Positions 1-6,118 of a DNA stretch of 6,136 nucleotides are shown one piece after another. A program made the position numbers and the translations under genes. Every line of letters starts with the position of its first letter. Positions within the stretch are counted from its first letter, which is position 1. A model generated the notes under the pieces. That model saw only the letters and a list, made by a program, of their open reading frames with translations, was not told the DNA's origin and ran no database searches. The stretch spans positions 1 to 6,136 of the forward strand of contig NW_021829411.1 in NCBI RefSeq assembly GCF_006345805.1. Direction: 5' to 3'. The DNA comes from Octopus sinensis (lineage: Eukaryota).

Positions 1-281
1 GGCTACTCGCCTTCGCACTCTATAAATAGTTATACACTAACTCTCTCTGTGATCAGAGTTTGGGTGTTCGTTTTTCAATGTTGTCTGACAAGATTAGCGG
101 TTTTATCTCGCAGTGGTCTGGAAAAAGGGGTGAATCTGATAGGTTTCTAGCTTTGTTAAATCTTCATCAGAGAATGAATATTGTGTTCTCTCCATTGAGA
201 AATTATTACAAATTCATACATATGTGTATGCATGCACACATGTACGTGTGCATGTATGTACTATGTACGTATTACTTGGAT

Positions 282-305
282 AGACAGACAGACAGACAGA
301 CAGAC
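282..305. repeat. (AGAC)6 tetranucleotide microsatellite, preceded by TATG/CATG low-complexity sequence (~216-270)
   Basis: Read directly: agacagacagacagacagacagac. Confidence 0.95.
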
Positions 306-392
306 GCGTTATAACAAGACGTTGTGATTTAAATGACTGGAAGTCGAAGATTATACAGTGAAGAATAAAGTGATTCGGAAAGGGAATTTGTC

Positions 393-540
393 GTTGCTGC
401 TACTGCGGCTGCTGCTGTTACTGCGGCTGCTGCTGCTGCGGCTGCGGCTGCGGCTGCTGCTGCTGCGGCTGCTGCTGCTGGCGGCGGCGGCGGCGGCGGT
501 GGTGGTGGTGGTGGTGGTGGTGGTGGGGTGGTGGCGGTGG
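393..540. repeat. Compound trinucleotide microsatellite (GCT/GCG)n-(GGC)6-(GGT)9+
   Basis: GCT-rich 393-479, GGC x6 480-497, GGT x9 498-524, then a degenerate GGT tail to 540. Confidence 0.95.
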
Positions 541-718
541 TTACTCCAGATAAGTGCCCTGATCGAACAAAATTGTAATCAAAGGCGTTCCAGCTGTGAC
601 CATCGAGTCTACTTCCTGCATTACACCAAAGGTCCTTACTCTTTCCATCGAGAATAAGGAGCCAATACAGTAAAAGCTGAGAGTTCAAGGGCCCACAAAT
701 TTTCAGTACCTTCTTCTC

Positions 719-719
719 G

Positions 720-775
<56 letters not shown>

Positions 776-793
776 GGTGGTGGTGGTGGGAGG

Positions 794-858
<65 letters not shown>

Positions 859-864
859 CTGATA

Positions 865-942
<78 letters not shown>

Positions 943-949
943 GTGATGG

Positions 950-990
<41 letters not shown>

Positions 991-996
991 GTGATG
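719..996. repeat. Compound trinucleotide microsatellite (GTT)14-(GGT)9-(GCT)~22-(GAT)~45
   Basis: GTT 719-760; GGT 761-787; GCT 795-860 (two GTT interruptions); GAT 861-995 (one AAT and three GGT interruptions). Confidence 0.97.
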
Positions 997-1276
997 TAGC
1001 TGTTATTAGGCCTAATTTGGGAATTGGGCGTGAAGCATCCCTGGAAAGAACGTCCATTAAATTCCACGAGAGCTTATAATTATAATAATGATATTGATAG
1101 TTGACAAACTGCCTCGAGAAGTAATATTTCAGTGATTATCTACAGCATTCGAACCCAATTATCTTCAGGGGTCTTGCGCATTTGTCTTTTGCTGAGTCCA
1201 AAATGTGCCAGGAGTTTTTGAGGTGAGGCGGAAGATGCCAGACAATTTAGAAAATTGGATTGTTGTTTGATATACC

Positions 1277-1451
1277 TATTTCTTTACTACCTACAAGGGG
1301 CTAAACAGAGAGAGGACAAACAAGGACAGACAAACGAATTAAGTCGATTATATCGACCCCAGTGCGTAACTGGTACTTATTTAATCGACCCCGAAAGGAT
1401 GAAAGGCAAAGTCGACCTCGGCGGAATTTGAACTCAGAACGTAGCGCCAGA
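1277..1451 (-). mobile_element. SINE family A, headless copy A1 (core + tail 1), flanked by a 16-bp target-site duplication
   Basis: Reverse complement of 1340-1443 is identical to 1656-1759. Direct repeat TGTTGTTTGATATACC at 1261-1276 and 1452-1467. Confidence 0.9.
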
Positions 1452-1592
1452 TGTTGTTTGATATACCACTTTGGTACATGCGTATTTCTTTGCGATAACA
1501 GACACACGCGCTCCCATCTTTGCTTTGGGAGCAAAGATATTGATATTATCATTCGAATGTTACTCTTATTTTAATATTCGTAGTAAGGCGAG

Positions 1593-1970
1593 GGCGGGGA
1601 GCTGACAGAATCGTTAGCACGCCGGGCGAAATCTTAGCGGTATATCGCCTGCCGTTACGTTCTGAGTTCAAATTCCGCCGAGGTCGACTTTGCCTTTCAT
1701 CCTTTCGGGGTCGATTAAATAAGTACCAGTTACGCACTGGGGTCGATATAATCGACTTATTCCGTTTGTCTGCCCTTGTTTGTCCACTCTATGTTTAGCC
1801 CTTGTGGGTAGTAAAGAAATAGGCATTTCGTCTGTCTTTATGTTCTGAGTTCAAATTTCACCGAGGTCGACTTTGCCTTTCATCATTTCGGGGTCGATAA
1901 ATTAAGTACCAGTCGATCTAATCGACTAGTTCCCTCCCCAAAACTTTCGGGCCTTGTACCTAGAGTAGAA
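1593..1970 (+). mobile_element. SINE family A, copy A2 with tRNA-like head and duplicated core
   Basis: A-box-like TGACAGAATCG (~1603-1613) and B-box-like GTTCAAATTCC (~1666-1676). Core repeated with a 183-bp period (GTTCTGAGTTCAAAT at 1659 and 1842). Homologous to A1 and A3. Octopus tRNA-derived SINE families (OK, OR1, OR2) are known, but I cannot assign this one to a name. Confidence 0.88.
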
Positions 1971-2181
1971 CTCTCTTTTACTCTTTTACTTGTTTCAGTC
2001 ATTTGACTGTGGCCATGCTGGAATACCGCCTTTAGTCGAGCAAATTGACTCCAGGACTTATTCTCTGTAAGCCTAGTACTTATTCTATCGGGCTCTATTG
2101 CCGAACCGCTAAGTTACGGGGACGTAAACACACCACCATTGCTTGTCAAGCGATGCTGGGCGGACAAATCCAGACACACAA

Positions 2182-2226
<45 letters not shown>

Positions 2227-2332
2227 CGACGGGCCTCTTTCAGTTTCCGTCTACCAAATCCATTCACAAGGCTTTGGTTGGCCCGAGGCTATAGTAGAAG
2301 ACACTTGCCCAAGGTGCCACGCAGTGGGACTG
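1971..2332 (-). mobile_element. SINE family B, 5'-truncated copy B1
   Basis: Colinear with 4914-5252. Has the (GAGTAAAA)n-type tail at 1971-1990, an internal (CA)n(TA)n linker at ~2175-2226 and the CORE-like ACCTTGGGCAAGT on the minus strand. Similarity stops inside the B box at 2332. Confidence 0.9.
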
Positions 2333-2437
2333 GAAAAGAACATTCGTAGTTAAAAAGTTGATGATGTGCTTCATTCCGCAAGTCGTGAATCGAATAACAT
2401 TGGAAATCGTTCTTCCTGTGTCTTCTACTCCAATGTT

Positions 2438-2648
2438 GGTTTCAATTTCTGACAGGACCAACAATTTCGAGGGAAGGGGCAAATTGATTACATCGACCCC
2501 AGTACTCAACTGGTACTCATTTTATCGACCCCGAAAGGGGTGAAAAGCAAAGTTGATCTCAGATGAATTCGAACTCAGAATATAAGGACGGACGAAAGAC
2601 CGTGAAGTACATTGTCCCGCATGCTAACAATTCTGCCAGCACGCCGCC
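2438..2648 (-). mobile_element. SINE family A, diverged single-core copy A3
   Basis: Minus strand reads GGCGGCGTGCTGGCAGAATTGTTAGCA...TTCTGAGTTCGAATT...TTCGGGGTCGATAAAATGAGTACCAGTTGAGTACTGGGGTCGATGTAATC, matching A2. Degenerate TSD at 2421-2437 and 2651-2667 (14/17 identical). Confidence 0.85.
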
Positions 2649-2797
2649 TATCTTTTAATCTAATGTTAAGAGGGTAAAGAAAGACCGAGAGAGATTTGAA
2701 CTTTGCTCTTTGTTCTTTTTGAGGGGCGGGGCTCTAATTGTTAGAAGATCGAGCGAGTACGTATACGCTGACTCGTTCATTCTTAGCGATATTGTTG

Positions 2798-2878
2798 AGT
2801 GTGTGTGTGCGTGTGCTTGTGTGTAGGGAGAGAGAGAGAGCTAACCACTTGTTGCTTTCATTGCCCATTTTTACATCA

Positions 2879-2914
<36 letters not shown>

Positions 2915-2992
2915 TGTATGTATATATGTATACACGCACACTTATACGCACGCAAGCACACACACACGGATACACACAGACACACACACACA
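2798..2992. repeat. Microsatellite cluster: (TG)n, (GA)n, (TATG)n, (CA)n
   Basis: Read directly; purest part is (TATG)n at ~2885-2920. Confidence 0.9.
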
Positions 2993-3051
2993 GGTGAGTG
3001 TACAAATTAGTGTAAGAGGCACCCAGCACAGTTAGTAGGGGCCGTTTAAAC

Positions 3052-3061
3052 AATAATAATA

Positions 3062-3115
<54 letters not shown>

Positions 3116-3168
3116 GTATATGTATATATTGTGTGTGTGTGTATATATATATGTGTGTGTGTGTGTGT
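3052..3168. repeat. (AAT)4-(ATT)n followed by mixed (TA)/(TG) microsatellite
   Basis: AAT 3052-3063, ATT to 3110, TA/TG mosaic to 3168. Confidence 0.93.
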
Positions 3169-3530
3169 AGCTGTGTGGTAAGAAGCTTGCTTCTCAACCA
3201 CATGGTACCGGGTTCAGCCCTATTGCGTGACACCTTGGGCAAGTGTCTTCTTCTATAGCCTCGGGTCGACCAAAGCCTTGTGAGTGGATTTGGTTGATGG
3301 AAACTGAAAGAAGTCTGTTGTATGTGTGTGGGTGTGTGTGTTTGTCCCCTACCCTCCGTCGCTTGGCAACCGGTGTTGGTGTGTTTACATCCCTTTAACG
3401 TAGCTGTTCGGCGAAAGAGTCCGATAAAAATAAGGACCAGGTTTACAAAGAATGAGTTCTGGGTTCCATTTCTTCGACTAAAAGGTAATGCTAAAGCATG
3501 GCCACACTCAAATGACTGAAATAAGTAAAA
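3165..3530 (+). mobile_element. SINE family B, near full-length diverged copy B2
   Basis: TAGCTGTGTGGTAAGAAGCTTGC head, GGTTCAGCCC B box, CACCTTGGGCAAGTGTCTTC core and a 3' half ending AAATGACTGAAATAAGTAAAA; colinear with the reverse complement of B3. Confidence 0.88.
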
Positions 3531-3540
3531 CTATAAAAAA

Positions 3541-3551
3541 TATATATATAC

Positions 3552-3596
<45 letters not shown>

Positions 3597-3634
3597 TCTG
3601 TGTGTGTGTGTGTGTGTGTAGATGTATGTATATA
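3541..3634. repeat. (TA)n-(TG)n compound microsatellite
   Basis: Read directly. Confidence 0.93.
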
Positions 3635-3640
3635 CATGCA

Positions 3641-3744
3641 CACGACGGCTTCCCACACAGTTGCTGCCTTCCGTATTCACCGACGTTGGACCGAACCCAA
3701 AACAATATGGTCGTGAAACGAACTTCTTAACAACACAACCATAC
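3641..3744 (-). mobile_element. Heavily degenerate, internally deleted family-B-like SINE relic
   Basis: CACGACGGCTTC resembles TACGACGGGCTTC (5145-5157). GGACCGAACCCAAAACAATATGGTC...CTTCTTAACAACACAACCA resembles GGACTGAACCCGGAACCATGTGGTT...CTACTTACCACACAGCCA (5247-5299). Confidence 0.55.
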
Positions 3745-3760
3745 TAAGGCATCTCTGTTT

Positions 3761-3768
3761 CTCTCTCT

Positions 3769-3809
<41 letters not shown>

Positions 3810-3823
3810 GCTCACACACACAC
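3761..3823. repeat. (CT)n-(CA)n microsatellite
   Basis: Read directly. Confidence 0.93.
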
Positions 3824-3990
3824 AAACAGTGGAACGGTGTAATACAAGAAAATCTTAAACGGTCTACGACGGCAAACAGCGAATACAAATTGTTCGTAAT
3901 GTGGAATAAATTATTTTGCTACGAAGACGGAGAGTTGCCAAGTTGGACTACAACGAGCAGATTACGATACCTTTTAGAACTGCACGCGTG

Positions 3991-4044
3991 TTTGGGTTTT
4001 GGCTTTTGGCTTTTGGTTTTTGGTTTTTTGGATTTTGGTTTTTG
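3991..4044. repeat. Degenerate (TTTTGG[C])n low-complexity repeat
   Basis: tttgggttttggcttttggcttttggtttttggttttttggattttggtttttg. Confidence 0.75.
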
Positions 4045-4167
4045 AGTGGTGAGGGTCTGACTATGATAGTGGAGGGGGTGCTTTAGATTTTAAACTCTCG
4101 AAGATAATGTAAGAATTCTATTGAAAATTATATCAACTATCTAAGTTAATTAGAGCCTACCTACAAG

Positions 4168-4178
4168 CATACATACAT

Positions 4179-4227
<49 letters not shown>

Positions 4228-4230
4228 TAA

Positions 4231-4288
<58 letters not shown>
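4168..4288. repeat. Compound tetranucleotide microsatellite (CATA)3-(CAGA)n-(TAGA)n
   Basis: Read directly. Confidence 0.95.
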
Positions 4289-4289
<1 letters not shown>

Positions 4290-4349
4290 TACATAGCTAT
4301 TTATATGTTTGATTAGTCTGTTACCTACCTATTTATCAATCCATTCGTG

Positions 4350-4353
<4 letters not shown>

Positions 4354-4413
<60 letters not shown>
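4354..4413. repeat. (TG)30 microsatellite
   Basis: Uninterrupted TG run. Confidence 0.97.
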
Positions 4414-4416
<3 letters not shown>

Positions 4417-4608
4417 AATAGGCAAAATGTTATAAAAGTGACTCAAGGTCTGAAAGTTTCGCTCATGCCACTTTTCAAACTGACTTCAAATCTGAAATCT
4501 TGTTTTTTATATAGAGAGAATTACAACTCTCTCTAGAAAGTTCCGATTGGAGGATCCTGAAAAAATTGCGTATTTTCACATAGTCTGTCCGTTAAACAGA
4601 GAAGGTTG

Positions 4609-4654
4609 TATATATATATATATATATTATATAATATATATATATATATATATA
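4609..4654. repeat. (TA)n microsatellite with central TTATATAA
   Basis: Read directly. Confidence 0.95.
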
Positions 4655-4908
4655 CAAACATGGGCAAAACGCAAAACATCCAGACAGGTGAAACAAAAAA
4701 AAAATATCCAGACAGACGATACAAGGAAAACAAGGACGGATCTGTCGGAGTTTTCCATCTTCAGTCGAGTTCCAGATTATCTTTGCAATTTGGGCTGGTT
4801 ATACTCGAGATTGCCCCAAGGAAAAATAATCTAAGAGCATTACATTCCTTGGAAGAAAGCAGCGAATGTATACGAAACAAGGACGGGAAAAAAACAGAAA
4901 TGTTACAC
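4655..4908 (-). mobile_element. Unclassified (TA)n-anchored repeat, possibly a Penelope-like terminal-repeat fragment, interrupted by SINE B3
   Basis: Internal direct repeats ATCCAGACAG (4678, 4706) and AAACAAGGACGG (4728, 4875). Minus strand carries CTGAAGA-TG-GAAAACTCCGA (4764-4745). Same polarity toward (TA)n as the 5979-6136 element. Repetitive status is not provable from this window. Confidence 0.35.
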
Positions 4909-4913
4909 ATATA

Positions 4914-5309
4914 TACTCTTTACTCTTTTTACTCTTTTACTTGTTTCAGTCACTTGACTGCGGCCATGCTGGAGCACCGCCTTTAATCGAGCAACTCGAC
5001 CCGGGACTTATTCTTTGTAAGCCCAGTACTTATTCTATCGGTCTATTTTGCCGAACCGCTAAGTGACGGGGACATAAACACACCAGCATCGGTTGTCAAG
5101 CAATGCTAGGGGAACAAACACACACACGCATATATATACATATATACGACGGGCTTCTTTCAGTTTCCGTCTACCAAATCTACTCACAAGGCTTTGGTCG
5201 GCCCGAGGCTATAGTAGAAGACACTTGCCCAAGATGCCACGCAGTGGGACTGAACCCGGAACCATGTGGTTGGTAAGCAAGCTACTTACCACACAGCCAC
5301 TCCTGCGCC
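4914..5309 (-). mobile_element. SINE family B, full-length copy B3 (tRNA head, CORE-like domain, microsatellite linker, 3' half, tandem tail)
   Basis: Minus strand begins GGCGCAGGAGTGGCTGTGTGGTAAG (A-box-like), has GGTTCAGTCCC (B-box-like) and ATCTTGGGCAAGT (similar to the MIR/CORE motif ACCTTGGGCAAGT, from recall), and ends in about three GAGTAAA(A) units. Both flanks are (TA)n. Confidence 0.92.
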
Positions 5310-5484
5310 TATATATATATATCTTCTACTACAAAATCGCTTTTGGTTGCAGCGTACACTCAAAGATTTATTCACCAAAAGTTTCTCATACGAAAATCTC
5401 GAAGTAACTAGTTTTACATACGTCAAACATGTCTTGTGAATATGCACACCATTATATTTCCAGCAAAGCTATTATTATACGAAA

Positions 5485-5693
5485 GCAGGAGTGGCTGTGT
5501 GGTAAGTAGCTTGCTAACCAACCACATGGTTCCGGGTTCAGTCCCACTGCGTGGCATCTTGGGCAAGTGTCTTCTGCTATAGCCCCGGGCCGACCAATGC
5601 CTTGTGAGTGGATTTGGTAGACGGAAACTGAAAGAAGCCTGTCGTATATATGTATATATATATATATGTGTGTGTTTGTGTGCCTGTGTTTGT
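5485..5693 (+). mobile_element. SINE family B, 5' half only (copy B4)
   Basis: 5485-5661 matches the reverse complement of 5130-5306 at 171/177 by my count; ends in the internal TA/TG linker. Confidence 0.92.
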
Positions 5694-5804
5694 GTTTAAA
5701 AAAATCGAAAACTTGTTATATTTAAACAAAATTTACTATATATGTATGAAAGTTTAGCGCATTTTCAACCCATTCCTTAGTATTTTTTTTTCTGATATAT
5801 ATAT

Positions 5805-5945
5805 GTGTGGCTGTGTGGTAAGAAGTTTGATTTCTAACCTCATTGTTCCGAGTTCAGACGCACTACGTGGTATCTTGGGTAACAGTATTCTACTATAGCG
5901 TCGGGCCGACTTAATATTTGTGAGTAGGTCTGGTAAATGAAAATA
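5805..5945 (+). mobile_element. SINE family B, diverged 5' fragment B5
   Basis: GTGTGGCTGTGTGGTAAGAAGTTTG...GAGTTCAGACGCACTACGTGGTATCTTGGG...TACTATAGCGTCGGGCCGAC...TTGTGAGT aligns with B4. Confidence 0.8.
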
Positions 5946-6081
5946 GAATATGCACACACAAATATATGTATATATATACCGGAGTAAACACATAAATGTG
6001 AAACAAGGTGGAAAAAAGAGCACTCAAATACCAGGGGTAGAGTAATATGCTTTATTTAAAAACAGCAGAAATTTAGCAAAA

Positions 6082-6118
6082 CCTGTTACTCGGAGTTTCA
6101 CCTTCCCGTTCGTCAGAC
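6082..6118 (-). ncRNA. Minimal type I hammerhead ribozyme-like motif, probably damaged in this copy
   Basis: Minus strand: GU-CUGACGA(6116-6110)-ACG GGAA GGU(6109-6100)-GAA(6099-6097)-ACUC C GAGU(6096-6088)-A(6087)-ACAGG. All conserved core nucleotides are in order with a GUA triplet. Stem II has one mismatch and stem I is only 2 bp. Confidence 0.65.

Noticed and set aside
21-60. TATAAATA with a possible initiator about 30 bp downstream
   Set aside because: A lone motif in AT-rich DNA with no supported downstream gene.
143-170. Minus-strand CTGATGA...GAAAC
   Set aside because: No closing stem II pair, no stem III with an NUH triplet and no stem I; within chance expectation.
329-1079. Long ORFs on both strands (242, 143, 119, 99, 68 aa) with poly-S/A/N/P/Q/H/D/I runs
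   Set aside because: Openness comes from stop-free triplet repeats; several frames are open at once and the unique 60-aa spacer resembles no domain I recognise.
1140-1552. Removing A1 restores a ~73-aa minus-strand frame (MIISIS...KWYIKQQSNFLNC...NWVRML)
   Set aside because: Short, unrecognisable, and of a length compatible with chance.
1362-1737. Two opposite-strand ORFs starting with the identical MRNWYLFNRPRKDERQSRPRRNLNSER
   Set aside because: Translations of the inverted SINE core, not paralogous genes.
1277-1970. Recurrent GGGGTCGAT / GTCGAC palindromic motifs resembling a CRISPR or integron array
   Set aside because: They are internal SINE motifs within long homologous units; there are no unique spacers and no cas or integrase genes.
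2723-2732. Perfect GC box GGGGCGGGGC
   Set aside because: Single isolated site with no CpG island or gene context.
2991-2999. Consensus splice donor CAG/GTGAGT
   Set aside because: Directly preceded by (CA)n; no plausible exon or acceptor upstream.
3991-4044. TTTTGG repeat as an interstitial telomere
   Set aside because: Irregular, and does not match the TTAGGG repeat expected for molluscs and most animals.
3828-4046. Unique stretch with a VERCN peptide (integrase ERxN-like) and an open frame ...IQENLKRSTT...MWNKLFCYEDGELPSW...
   Set aside because: The motif is too short, is followed by a stop, and has no DDE context; a tblastx search would be needed to revive it.
2045-5407. Similar ORFs at 2045, 2143, 4866 and 5093 and the CV/YI/HT-rich ORFs
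   Set aside because: Antisense readings of family B SINEs and dinucleotide microsatellites.
5485-5550. tRNA-like A and B boxes in SINE heads (also 1593-1680, 2560-2648, 5245-5309)
   Set aside because: No complete cloverleaf or acceptor stem, and each continues into a repeat body; SINE heads rather than tRNA genes.
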